This document shows, one piece after another, positions 25,657 to 35,050 of a stretch of DNA of 64,000 nt; the first letter of the stretch is position 1; every line of letters begins with the position of its first letter. The translations under genes were made by a program, and so were the position numbers. The stretch lies in the NCBI GenBank assembly GCA_965217125.1, contig OZ244244.1, forward strand, positions 719,358-783,357. The letters are read 5' to 3'. Source of the DNA: Gammaproteobacteria bacterium. GTDB taxonomy: Bacteria; Pseudomonadota; Gammaproteobacteria; PS1; Pseudothioglobaceae. The notes under the pieces are model-generated. The model saw only the letters and a program-made list of their open reading frames with translations, was not told the DNA's origin and did no database searches.

Positions 25657-26910
25657 ATGTTCAAAAAATCTCAAACTTTAGCCAAAGTAGATATTCAAAT
25701 CAATGATGCAATTATTGCGGAACAGGGGCGGCAGGAGGCGCATATTGAGTTGATTGCCAGTGAAAACTATAGCTCTGTGGCAGTGATGGAAGCGCAAGGC
25801 TCACAATTGACCAATAAATATGCAGAAGGTTATCCTAAAAAGCGATACTATGGAGGTTGTGAGCATGTTGATGTGGTAGAACAATTAGCCATTGAGCGTG
25901 CGAAAAAAATATTTAATGCGGATTATGCTAATGTGCAGCCGCATTCTGGCTCGCAGGCAAATGCGGCGGTTTTTCAGGCTTTATTGCTACCGGGCGATAC
26001 AATTTTAGGGATGAGTTTGGCGCATGGCGGGCATTTAACGCATGGTGCTGCGCCCTCATTTTCAGGTAAAAATTTTAATGCTGTGCAATATGGCTTAAAT
26101 ACGCAAACTGGAAAAATTGATTATGATGAAGTGGCACATTTGGCAAAAACCCATAAGCCTAAAATGATTATTGCTGGTTTTTCTGCTTATTCACGCGTGA
26201 TTGATTGGCAGCGTTTTAAAGATATTGCTGATGAAGTTGGGGCTTATTTAATGGTAGATATGGCGCATGTGGCAGGTTTGGTTGCGGTGGGCGAATATCC
26301 AAGCCCTGTTAATATTGCCGATGTTACTACTACTACTACACATAAAACTTTACGAGGTCCTAGAGGCGGTTTGATTTTGGCTAAGGCGAATCAAACAATC
26401 GAGAAAAAACTTAATTCTGCGATTTTCCCCGGCATTCAGGGCGGTCCGTTGATGCATGTTATTGCGGCTAAAGCAGTGGCTTTTAAAGAGGCGATGAGTG
26501 CTGACTACAAGGTTTATCAACAACAAGTTATAGTGAATGCAAAAGCGATGGCAAATACTTTTATTCAGCGCGGTTTTGATGTGGTTTCAGGTGGGACCGA
26601 TAATCATTTATTTTTAGTTAGTTTTATTGCACAGGGCTTAACTGGCAAGGCAGTGGATGCAGCATTAGGCGCTGCACATATTACGGTTAATATGAATGCA
26701 GTGCCGAATGACCCGCAATCGCCTTTTATTACCAGCGGTATTCGTATAGGCACACCAGCTGTAACTACGCGTGGTTTTAGCGCGGCTGAGTGTAGTGAAT
26801 TAGCATCGTGGATCTGTGATATTTGTGATGATTTAGATAATCAAACAATGATTAACCAAGTACAAGCAAAGGTTGCACAACTTTGTGCTAAATATCCAGT
26901 TTATCGCTAA
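25657..26910 (+). CDS. glyA: Serine hydroxymethyltransferase
   Basis: [22 protein letters not shown], the [17 protein letters not shown]-lysine region, 417 aa. Confidence 0.95.
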   Translation: MFKKSQTLAKVDIQINDAIIAEQGRQEAHIELIASENYSSVAVMEAQGSQLTNKYAEGYPKKRYYGGCEHVDVVEQLAIERAKKIFNADYANVQPHSGSQANAAVFQALLLPGDTILGMSLAHGGHLTHGAAPSFSGKNFNAVQYGLNTQTGKIDYDEVAHLAKTHKPKMIIAGFSAYSRVIDWQRFKDIADEVGAYLMVDMAHVAGLVAVGEYPSPVNIADVTTTTTHKTLRGPRGGLILAKANQTIEKKLNSAIFPGIQGGPLMHVIAAKAVAFKEAMSADYKVYQQQVIVNAKAMANTFIQRGFDVVSGGTDNHLFLVSFIAQGLTGKAVDAALGAAHITVNMNAVPNDPQSPFITSGIRIGTPAVTTRGFSAAECSELASWICDICDDLDNQTMINQVQAKVAQLCAKYPVYR

Positions 26911-26912
26911 AA

Positions 26913-27365
26913 ATGCGCTGTCCATTTTGTCAATCTGATGATACTAAAGTATTAGACACGCGTTTGATTGATGAAGGTTCTGCGGTGCGTAGAAGGCGTG
27001 AATGCACCTCTTGTAATGCGCGTTATTCGACTTGCGAGACGGTTGATTTGAATTTACCGCGTTTGATTAAAAATGATAATTCTCGTGAAGCTTTTGATGA
27101 GGCTAAATTGCGTTCTGGCTTGCTCAAAGCTTTAGAAAAACGACCAGTAAAAACGGCTGAAATTGAAAGTTCAATTCAGCGTATTGAGCGCAAACTAATG
27201 ACTCAGGCTGAGCGTGAAGTGTCAGTTACTAAGATTGGTGAATGGGTTATGCAAGAGCTTAAAACACTTGATGAAGTGGCTTATATTCGCTTTGCCTCGG
27301 TGTATCGCCAATTCCAAGATATTGAAGCTTTTAAAAACGAAATTGACAAATTAATGCATAAATAA
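26913..27365 (+). CDS. nrdR: Transcriptional repressor NrdR
   Basis: MRCPFC..DDTKVLDTR zinc ribbon plus an ATP-cone, 150 aa, downstream of glyA. Confidence 0.95.
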   Translation: MRCPFCQSDDTKVLDTRLIDEGSAVRRRRECTSCNARYSTCETVDLNLPRLIKNDNSREAFDEAKLRSGLLKALEKRPVKTAEIESSIQRIERKLMTQAEREVSVTKIGEWVMQELKTLDEVAYIRFASVYRQFQDIEAFKNEIDKLMHK

Positions 27366-27367
27366 AC

Positions 27368-28726
27368 ATGGCAAAAGATAAGGTTGAATTTATTTGTAAA
27401 GAATGCGGCGCATCACACCATCAATGGGCTGGACAGTGCTTAGATTGCAAAAGCTGGAATACTTTAGAAGAAATTATTACTCCAAGCAGCAGCTCAAAAC
27501 CCATTAGTTTGCAAGGCTTGCCTGAATCCAAGATTCAAGATTTATCGCAGCTAAGTAGTGTAAAAATTCCCAGGCTTGCTACTGGGTTTAAAGAGCTTGA
27601 CCGCACACTCGGCGGCGGTTTGGTGGACGGCTCTGTTTTGTTGATTGGCGGCGACCCTGGCATTGGTAAATCCACCCTAATTTTACAAGTTACGGCAGCG
27701 CTTAATAAAAATCACACAACTTTGTATGTGAGCGGTGAAGAATCAGCCGAGCAGATTAGCGATAGGGCAACGCGTTTAGGTATTAATCAGGATATTTTGT
27801 TATTGAGCGAGACCCATTTGGAAAAAATTATCCAGTTAGCCAAGCAAATACAGCCAAAAATGATAGTGATTGATTCGATTCAAACTATGGTAAGCGATGT
27901 GTCATCTTCTGCCCCCGGTTCGGTCTCGCAAGTGCGTGATTGTGCCGCACAACTCACTCAGTTTGCCAAGCAGATGAATGTGATTTTACTTATGATCGGT
28001 CATGTTACTAAAGACGGCGCATTAGCAGGGCCGCGTATTTTAGAGCATATGGTGGATACGGTATTATATTTTGAGGGCGATGCGCGTGGGCGTTATCGCC
28101 TTATTCGTGCAGTTAAAAATCGTTTTGGTGCGGTCAATGAAATCAGTGTGTTTGCGATGGACGAACGCGGTTTACAACAAGTGCAGAATCCATCAGCTAT
28201 TTTTTTGTCCAATCAAGCTAAAGCGGCGCCGGGCTCGATGGTGATGGTAACGCGTGAAGCAACTCGCCCGCTGATGGTTGAGGTGCAAGCTTTGGTGGAT
28301 GGTGCTACCGGTAATCCTAAACGCGTGTGCGTGGGTTTGGAGCAAAATCGCCTGGCTTTGCAACTGGCTATTTTGCATAAACATGGCGGTATTGCCACGC
28401 ATGACCAAGATGTTTTTGTGAATGTGGTCGGCGGTATTAGGGTTAATGAAACTGCCTCTGATTTGGTGGTAATGCTGGCGATTATCTCAAGTTTGAGAGA
28501 TAAAATCATTGCTAAAAATTGGATTGGATTTGGCGAAGTGGGCTTAACTGGCGAAGTGCGCCCGGTTTACAACGCGATTGAGCGCCTGTCTGAAGCGCAA
28601 AAACACGGTTTTAAGGTGGCAATTATCCCCAAGGGCAATATGCCAAAAAAAGCACCTAAAGACTTAAAAATTGTGCCGGTAGAATACCTGCATCAGGCTT
28701 TGCAATATATGTTGGAAAATACTTAA
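27368..28726 (+). CDS. radA: DNA repair protein RadA/Sms
   Basis: N-terminal CxxC..CxxC zinc finger, Walker A GGDPGIGKST, KNRFG motif, Lon-like C-terminus. Confidence 0.95.
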   Translation: MAKDKVEFICKECGASHHQWAGQCLDCKSWNTLEEIITPSSSSKPISLQGLPESKIQDLSQLSSVKIPRLATGFKELDRTLGGGLVDGSVLLIGGDPGIGKSTLILQVTAALNKNHTTLYVSGEESAEQISDRATRLGINQDILLLSETHLEKIIQLAKQIQPKMIVIDSIQTMVSDVSSSAPGSVSQVRDCAAQLTQFAKQMNVILLMIGHVTKDGALAGPRILEHMVDTVLYFEGDARGRYRLIRAVKNRFGAVNEISVFAMDERGLQQVQNPSAIFLSNQAKAAPGSMVMVTREATRPLMVEVQALVDGATGNPKRVCVGLEQNRLALQLAILHKHGGIATHDQDVFVNVVGGIRVNETASDLVVMLAIISSLRDKIIAKNWIGFGEVGLTGEVRPVYNAIERLSEAQKHGFKVAIIPKGNMPKKAPKDLKIVPVEYLHQALQYMLENT

Positions 28727-28738
28727 ACCCTTAAAATA

Positions 28739-29332
28739 TTAAATATCTATGCCTTTTTGCGCTTTGATATTGGCATCAAAGGCGTGTTTGATATTTTTAA
28801 TTTCACTAACAGTATCTGCTATTTCAACCAAACTTTGAGGGGCCGCCCTGCCAGTAATCACTATGTGTTGATTTTTAGGGCGATTTTTTAAGGCGTTGAG
28901 AATTTGTTGTTCATCAAGGTATTTGTAGTTTAGCATATAGCTGAGCTCGTCTAAAACCACTAAATCAATTGAGCTGTCTGTTAGATATTTTGCAGCCTTG
29001 TCCCAAGTTTCAACTGCCATTTTAGTGTCAAATTTACGGTCTTGCGTGTCCCAAGTAAATCCTGTTTTCATCAACGCCATTTGCACATTAGTTTGTTTAG
29101 ATAAAAACACATCTTCGCCAGTGTCTTGCACACCTTTTAAAAACTTGGCAATGCCGATTTTCATGCCATAGCCCAGCGCCCGACAAACCATACCCCATGC
29201 TGATGAAGATTTTCCCTTACCGTTGCCGGTGAGTAAAACGATAATGCCTTTGTTAATATTAGCTTGTTGTATGCGGTTGTCAATATGGGCTTTTTTGCGT
29301 TGCATCCGCTGCACATAGTTATCAGCCGACAT
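28739..29332 (-). CDS. cobO: Cob(I)yrinic acid a,c-diamide adenosyltransferase
   Basis: TGNGKGKSSSAWG P-loop, VVLDELSYML, HIVITGR. The internal ATG at 29332 (MSADNY...) is preferred; the longer ORF start at 29380 would overlap the upstream gene by 59 nt. Confidence 0.85.
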   Translation of the reverse strand: MSADNYVQRMQRKKAHIDNRIQQANINKGIIVLLTGNGKGKSSSAWGMVCRALGYGMKIGIAKFLKGVQDTGEDVFLSKQTNVQMALMKTGFTWDTQDRKFDTKMAVETWDKAAKYLTDSSIDLVVLDELSYMLNYKYLDEQQILNALKNRPKNQHIVITGRAAPQSLVEIADTVSEIKNIKHAFDANIKAQKGIDI

Positions 29333-29867
29333 CCTTTTGCATGCTCCAAACAGGCATGCGCGCAGCAAGCGTAAAAACAATCATCAGCGCTATCATCCAA
29401 TACAACACTAATGGAATTTCCACAATTGACCAATGCTGTGCATAAGCAGGAAATTCCCTCCAAGCTAAGGCGCTAAAGGTGTAATAACTGACGCTAGCCA
29501 TAAGCCATTGCACACTGACAGTGCTGATAATAATAGCTGCATTTTTTAAGATATTTTCCTCAATTTTCAGTGTATTGAGGTATTTTCCCATCCAAAAAAC
29601 ACCGTAATAAGTCAGTGGCAAAATGCTATAAGCAGGGGTGATACAGTTAGCACCAACTCCTTGATGCACAATGGCGTAATTATCAATCGCAATAGCGCTG
29701 ATAATAATCGACAAAGCCACCCAAAACTGGCGAAAATACACCCCAGCGATAAATAAAGCAGGAATGGTGAAATCAGGCAAATGCACCACAGATGCCAGCC
29801 AGTTGTCATGCCCACGAGTGGCAATCATTAAAATAATAGCAATGCTTAAAAATAGTATATTTTTCAT
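29322..29867 (-). CDS. Six-TM membrane protein, putative BtuM-like cobalamin transporter (context-based)
   Basis: 181 aa with about 6 hydrophobic helices and a single Cys in GANCITPAY. It sits between a TonB-dependent receptor and cobO in a riboswitch-controlled operon. The family assignment was not verified. Confidence 0.4.
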   Translation of the reverse strand: MKNILFLSIAIILMIATRGHDNWLASVVHLPDFTIPALFIAGVYFRQFWVALSIIISAIAIDNYAIVHQGVGANCITPAYSILPLTYYGVFWMGKYLNTLKIEENILKNAAIIISTVSVQWLMASVSYYTFSALAWREFPAYAQHWSIVEIPLVLYWMIALMIVFTLAARMPVWSMQKDVG

Positions 29868-30631
29868 AGTTTTACCTCGGTTTTACAAAAGTTAATAAAG
29901 CGTTGCGCATCTGCAACGATATAGGGGGTTAATTTATTGAGTTGATTAAAATGTTCGGCAATTTGCAAATAATCAACTTTGTATTCGTGTGCTGCTAAAT
30001 TTCTGACATGGCGGTATTTTTCCCATCTTTGCGTGCTTTCGATAACGCCATTTTTTTCAAAAAAAGCTAATATTTTTAAAAAATATTCATCTTTTTGCTT
30101 TAAGGCAAAGGCACAATGACGCATAGCACTTGCCAAAACATCTTGCAATTTTGAAAATTTTTCATTTAGTGCTGATAATTTTGTAAATAAATCAATATTG
30201 TTTTTATTTTTTGACAAAAATCCATCATCAAGTGGAAAATTTAGGTTTTTTATGACAGCTGTTAAAAAATAAATATTGCGTTCAATGGCTTCTAATTTTT
30301 CAACTAAATGCTGTTTTTTTAAGGCTTCTTTGGTTTTTTCCATATTTAACTCCACGGCATCAAATTTTGCCAACTGTTCAAAAGTGCTTAATTTTTTGCC
30401 ACTCACAACATACAAAATATCAAAAGGCAAATACAAAACTTGTTCTAATTTGTCTTTAATTTGCGATTGAATTATAGAGTCAATCTGTTTATCAGACTCA
30501 ATAATTAAATCAATATCGCCACCTTTTTTATCATCCTCAAGGCGCGAGCCAAACAAATAAACTCTTGCTTCACGGCTGTTTGCTGTAACCGTTTGAAGAA
30601 TTACTTTTATTTGTTCAGCAGTTAGTCTCAT
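29864..30631 (-). CDS. Fused minimal nucleotidyltransferase (MNT) plus HEPN(DUF86-like) protein
   Basis: N-terminal LFGSRLEDDKKGGDIDLII (GS...DxD Pol-beta NTase signature). C-terminal HVRNLAAHEY (R-x4-H HEPN motif). 4-nt overlap with the downstream gene. Confidence 0.7.
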   Translation of the reverse strand: MRLTAEQIKVILQTVTANSREARVYLFGSRLEDDKKGGDIDLIIESDKQIDSIIQSQIKDKLEQVLYLPFDILYVVSGKKLSTFEQLAKFDAVELNMEKTKEALKKQHLVEKLEAIERNIYFLTAVIKNLNFPLDDGFLSKNKNNIDLFTKLSALNEKFSKLQDVLASAMRHCAFALKQKDEYFLKILAFFEKNGVIESTQRWEKYRHVRNLAAHEYKVDYLQIAEHFNQLNKLTPYIVADAQRFINFCKTEVKL

Positions 30632-30669
30632 AGCAGATTATTTTAACCGATTATAATGTCTCAGGTAGC

Positions 30670-32466
30670 TTAGAATTTATAATTCAGCCCTAAATTCACC
30701 GTTCTGCCAAGTTGATTATAGCCTTTTGCTAGCGTATAATTTTTATTAAAAGCATTGTTAATATTTAAAAATATTTTAGTTTTATTATTATAGTTATAGT
30801 TGCTTGATAAATTAACCAAAGTATAACCACCCAAATTACTTCCATCATTATCAATAGTAGATGATTTTTTAACAACTTGCAAACGCGAATTAAATTTATT
30901 ATAGGCTTTACTAATGCTTAAATCGCTGGTGTTTTTTGCTCGTCTGGCTGATTGAGTATTTGCATTATTTAACTTGCTATTAACATAATTATGGCTAAAA
31001 TTAATGTCATAGTTTTTGATTTTGGTAGAAATCTCTAATTCAATGCCTTTAATATTTAATTTATCTTCATTAAAATAAAAATCATCACTTTGCTCATAAG
31101 CAGGGGCGTTACTATCATTATTTGGGTCGCTATAAGTAATTAAATTTTTAATATTATTTTTATAAAATTTAATACTTGATAATCCCCAATTATGCTGTTT
31201 TTCTATGCCTATTTCTGTGTTTTTTGAGCTTTCTGGTTGTAAGTTTGTTGTAAGTGCAAAATTAACCTCATAAATAGTCGGCGACCTAAATGCCGTGCCA
31301 TAACTGCCTGTTAATTTAACGCCATTATTTAATTGTTTAGCAATGCCAATGTTATAAACTGTTTCCTTGCCAAAATCACTATGATTGATAAATCGCACCC
31401 CTGTATTGACATCAAAATTAGCAATATTTTTCTGCCACTGAGCAAAAATATCCTTGCTGGACAAAGATTTTTCAGTAGAAAAATTAGAGTTTGTAGTGTC
31501 ATCAACTTTTGAAAAACCTATATTTAATAAAGCATTTGATAAATTTATAGCATTTAATAAAGATATGTCTTTTGTTTTATATTCTGGCTTATATCCAGCA
31601 TCATCTCTATCTTGATTGATTTCACTAAAATTAAGGCTTGCACTCCAATTATCTTGAATTTTTTGATTAATTTTAAGAGTAAATTTATCAAGATTTTTAA
31701 CACTCAAACAATTATTACTGCTAAAACAATCATCATATTCAGTATTTGCTTTTGCAGATAAAAAATCAATAATAAAATCAATTTTAGCATTCAAATTGTA
31801 AGCAATTTTAAAGCCAGCTGACTGATTATCTGTTTCATCTTTTTCGGTATTATCGGTTCTGGCTGATATGCCATTAGTTTGGTATTTACTTAAATTAAAG
31901 TTAATAAAACCTTTGTCGCCCTTGCTACTGCTAGAAAAATTAATTTTTTTACTATTGTTGCTACCTATTGAAACACCAATATTATTATAGCCGCTGCCTT
32001 TTTTGGTAAAAATTTGAATAATACCACCAATAGCACCCGAGCCATACAGTGAGGAATAAGGTCCTTTGACAATCTCAATACGCTCAATTTGTGCAAGCGG
32101 TATTGCCTCTAATGCGTTACCAGCCGCGCCATTAGTGCTGGATATATCATGCACTTTTACCCCATCAATTAAAACCAAAGTATGCTCAGAATTAGTGCCA
32201 CGCAAAAATAGCGCAGCAACATTACCCTGAGGATATACAAAACCAACTGACGGAATAGTCGCCAACAATTCCACAAAACTATTCGCCCCGGTAGCTTCAA
32301 TATCTGCCCTATCCAATTTAATAGTAGAGCCAATCGAGCCAATAACCGGGCTCTCGGTGCGGTATTCGGTGTTGAGGTAAATGGGAATAGGCCCTAAAAC
32401 GGAATTTGCATTAAGACTAACAACAAGACTGACTACCAGCGTTACTACAGCTAAAATTTTATTCAT
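30670..32466 (-). CDS. btuB: TonB-dependent outer-membrane receptor, probably vitamin B12 (BtuB-like)
   Basis: Signal peptide, a plug domain (FLRGTNSEHTLVLIDGV, GPYSSLYGSGAIGGII), a beta-barrel ending in ...LGLNYKF. Preceded by a cobalamin riboswitch. Confidence 0.75.
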   Translation of the reverse strand: MNKILAVVTLVVSLVVSLNANSVLGPIPIYLNTEYRTESPVIGSIGSTIKLDRADIEATGANSFVELLATIPSVGFVYPQGNVAALFLRGTNSEHTLVLIDGVKVHDISSTNGAAGNALEAIPLAQIERIEIVKGPYSSLYGSGAIGGIIQIFTKKGSGYNNIGVSIGSNNSKKINFSSSSKGDKGFINFNLSKYQTNGISARTDNTEKDETDNQSAGFKIAYNLNAKIDFIIDFLSAKANTEYDDCFSSNNCLSVKNLDKFTLKINQKIQDNWSASLNFSEINQDRDDAGYKPEYKTKDISLLNAINLSNALLNIGFSKVDDTTNSNFSTEKSLSSKDIFAQWQKNIANFDVNTGVRFINHSDFGKETVYNIGIAKQLNNGVKLTGSYGTAFRSPTIYEVNFALTTNLQPESSKNTEIGIEKQHNWGLSSIKFYKNNIKNLITYSDPNNDSNAPAYEQSDDFYFNEDKLNIKGIELEISTKIKNYDINFSHNYVNSKLNNANTQSARRAKNTSDLSISKAYNKFNSRLQVVKKSSTIDNDGSNLGGYTLVNLSSNYNYNNKTKIFLNINNAFNKNYTLAKGYNQLGRTVNLGLNYKF

Positions 32467-32477
32467 AATATCATCCT

Positions 32478-32612
32478 TCGTGAAGTTTAAAAAAAATTAT
32501 TATGTGTCGGACTAATTTAAAAAAAACTTTAAAAACACCGTTGCGAGGACAGTGTGGGATTTGTTGATTGACAGCGCACCCACTTCCATAATTTACAGTT
32601 AGTAAATTATAT
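32478..32612 (-). ncRNA. Cobalamin riboswitch (short/variant-type) in the btuB leader
   Basis: The minus-strand RNA reads ...AUGGAAGUGGGUGCGCUGUCAAUCAACAAAUCCCACACUGUCCUCGCAACGGUG...UUAGUCCGACAC.... This matches the GGAA..GGUG...AAxUCC....CUG.CC.GCAAC.GU core and a B12-box-like AGUCCGAC, upstream of the SD AAGGAU and the ATG. Confidence 0.65.
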
Positions 32613-32686
32613 ATTAAATAAATTTAAAAATAGCCGAGTTCTGATAAAATAGTTTATTTTTTACAATTTGTAGTAGGAACGAATAA

Positions 32687-33766
32687 ATGAGCCAAGTGTA
32701 TAACTTTAGTGCGGGGCCCGCTATGTTGCCAGCGCAGGTGTTAAAACAAATGCAAGCCGAATTATTGCAATACGGCAATGCTAAAGCCTCAGTGATGGAA
32801 ATATCCCACCGTGGCGCTGATTTTATGGAGTTAGCGCAAAAATCAGAGCAAGATTTGCGTGATTTAATGAGCATTCCTGATGATTATAAAGTGTTGTTTT
32901 TGCAAGGCGGCGCCTCGGCGCAATTCTCAATGCTGCCAATTAACCTACTTCGTGGCAAAAGCAAGGCTAACTATGCGCATACCGGGCATTGGTCTAAAAA
33001 GGCGATTGCCGAGGCACAGCGTTATTGTGATGTAAATATTTGCACCGATAGCACTAATAATAAATACACTGATATTAGCGATTTTTCTGATTGGCGGATT
33101 GACGAGGCAGGTGCTTATTTGCATTACACCCCAAACGAAACCATTGCTGGCTTAGAATTTGACTACATACCACAAATTGAAATGCCATTAGTAGCGGATA
33201 TGTCATCGAGCATTTTATCGTGTGAGATTGATGTTGCAAAATATGGCGTTATTTACGCAAGCGCGCAAAAAAACATCGGCATTGCTGGGCTGACTATTGT
33301 TATCATCAGAGATGATTTAGTTGGTCGTGTGTTGCCAAACCAGCCAATTTTATTTAATTATACAACGCAGATAAACAACGATTCTATGTATAACACCCCT
33401 CCAACTTACGCTTGGTATGTGGCAAGTCGCGTATTTGAATGGCTAAAAGCGCATGGCGGCGTCAAAGCAATGGGCAAAATCAATCAAACTAAGTCAAAAA
33501 CGCTTTATGATGCGATTGATAATTCTGATTTTTATTCAAATTCTGTGGCACAAAAATACCGCTCACGGATGAATGTGCCATTTTTGTTGGCAGATGAGAG
33601 TTTGAACAGCTTATTTTTAGAAAAAGCAGCAGCAAATAATCTAATCACCCTCAAAGGGCATCGCTCGGTAGGCGGTATGCGCGCTAGTATTTACAATGCG
33701 ATGCCACAAGCAGGCGTTGATTCCTTAGTAAGTTTTATGAAAACATTTGCCAAGGAGAACGCGTAA
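32687..33766 (+). CDS. serC: Phosphoserine aminotransferase
   Basis: YNFSAGPAMLP, ISHRG.DF, the SAQKNIG PLP-lysine region, 359 aa. Confidence 0.95.
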   Translation: MSQVYNFSAGPAMLPAQVLKQMQAELLQYGNAKASVMEISHRGADFMELAQKSEQDLRDLMSIPDDYKVLFLQGGASAQFSMLPINLLRGKSKANYAHTGHWSKKAIAEAQRYCDVNICTDSTNNKYTDISDFSDWRIDEAGAYLHYTPNETIAGLEFDYIPQIEMPLVADMSSSILSCEIDVAKYGVIYASAQKNIGIAGLTIVIIRDDLVGRVLPNQPILFNYTTQINNDSMYNTPPTYAWYVASRVFEWLKAHGGVKAMGKINQTKSKTLYDAIDNSDFYSNSVAQKYRSRMNVPFLLADESLNSLFLEKAAANNLITLKGHRSVGGMRASIYNAMPQAGVDSLVSFMKTFAKENA

Positions 33767-34936
33767 ATGGGCAAGGCAATTATTAAAGTGCAAACACTTA
33801 ATAATATCTCAGCGGTTGGTTTAGAAAAACTGCCAACACAGCGCTATCAGCTCGCCAATGAAGTAACAAACCCAGATGCAATTTTGCTGCGTAGTGCAAA
33901 GATGCACGATATGGAAATTGGCGATAATTTAAAAGCAGTAGGGCGCGCTGGTGCTGGCGTTAATAACATTCCACTGAATAAAATGAGCGCTAAAGGCGTG
34001 GTCGTGTTTAATACGCCGGGCGCCAATGCCAATGCGGTAAAAGAGTTGGTTATTGGCTCAATATTGCTTGCCAGTCGCAATATTTGTCAGGCCTGGGATT
34101 ATGTCAAAAATTTGCCACTTGATAACCTGAAAACCTCAATAGAAGACGGCAAGAAAAACTATGCAGGCACAGAATTACCGGGCAAAACCTTAGGCATTGT
34201 AGGTCTGGGCGCTATTGGTGTGCAAATTGCCAATGCGGCACATGCGCTGGGTATGAAAGTAATTGGTTTTGATCCAAGTATTACCATTAAAAGTGCTTGG
34301 AAATTATCAGCTGGGGTTGAACAAGCACTGAGTGCGGATGAATTATTTGCACAAAGTGATTTTGTCTCCTTTCATGTGCCGCTGGCTGACGGCACTAAGA
34401 ATTTACTTAATCAACGGCGCATTGCATTATTGCCAAAAGGTGCAACTATTTTAAATTTTGCCCGTGACGGCATTATTGACGAAGATGCACTAATCAGCGC
34501 ACTTGATGCTGGTAGAGTCAAATATTATGTAACGGATTTTCCGATTGATGATAAAAAAAATCACCAGCGGGTGATTGCACTGCCACACCTCGGCGCATCT
34601 ACTGCTGAGGCAGAGGATAATTGTGCGATTATGGTGGCAAATCAAATTAAAGACTATTTGGAAAATGGCAATATTAGCAATTCAGTCAATTTTCCTGAAG
34701 CCAAAATGCCCAAAGCCGGCAAAGAGCGTTTAGCGATTACCCATAAAAATATTCCAAATATGGTAGCTCAAATCTCAACAGCTATTGCTGACGCAGGTGC
34801 AAATATTGTTGATATGCTGAATAAATCAAAAAATGAGCTTGCCTATACTTTAATTGACTTAGAGAGCGAGATTTCTGATACAGTAATTGATAATTTAAAA
34901 CAAATTGAAGGCATTTTGACAGTAAGAGGTCTTTAA
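33767..34936 (+). CDS. serA: D-3-phosphoglycerate dehydrogenase (with a C-terminal ACT-like domain)
   Basis: GKTLGIVGLGAIGVQIA NAD loop, 2-hydroxyacid dehydrogenase signatures, an ACT-like tail. Start is adjacent to the serC stop. Confidence 0.85.
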   Translation: MGKAIIKVQTLNNISAVGLEKLPTQRYQLANEVTNPDAILLRSAKMHDMEIGDNLKAVGRAGAGVNNIPLNKMSAKGVVVFNTPGANANAVKELVIGSILLASRNICQAWDYVKNLPLDNLKTSIEDGKKNYAGTELPGKTLGIVGLGAIGVQIANAAHALGMKVIGFDPSITIKSAWKLSAGVEQALSADELFAQSDFVSFHVPLADGTKNLLNQRRIALLPKGATILNFARDGIIDEDALISALDAGRVKYYVTDFPIDDKKNHQRVIALPHLGASTAEAEDNCAIMVANQIKDYLENGNISNSVNFPEAKMPKAGKERLAITHKNIPNMVAQISTAIADAGANIVDMLNKSKNELAYTLIDLESEISDTVIDNLKQIEGILTVRGL

Positions 34937-35050
34937 ATAACAGGTTTAGTGATGCCAATTTGTTTTATAGATTGACTTTGAAATATTAAAATATAAGCGT
35001 AAAGCATATATAAAATTTGACTATTTTTTATTATACTAAGGAGAAAAAAT

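Noticed and set aside
28193-28509. Minus-strand ORFs 28193-28408 and 28213-28509 inside radA (also 29161-29463 and 29612-29824 inside cobO and the membrane gene)
   Set aside because: They are antisense shadow ORFs in locally GC-richer, well-supported genes. Their Arg/His/Cys-rich nonsense-like composition gives no support for coding.
32614-32874. 86-aa minus-strand ORF overlapping the serC start
   Set aside because: It lies antisense to the well-supported serC 5' end and runs into the riboswitch/promoter region. Its composition is that of a shadow ORF.
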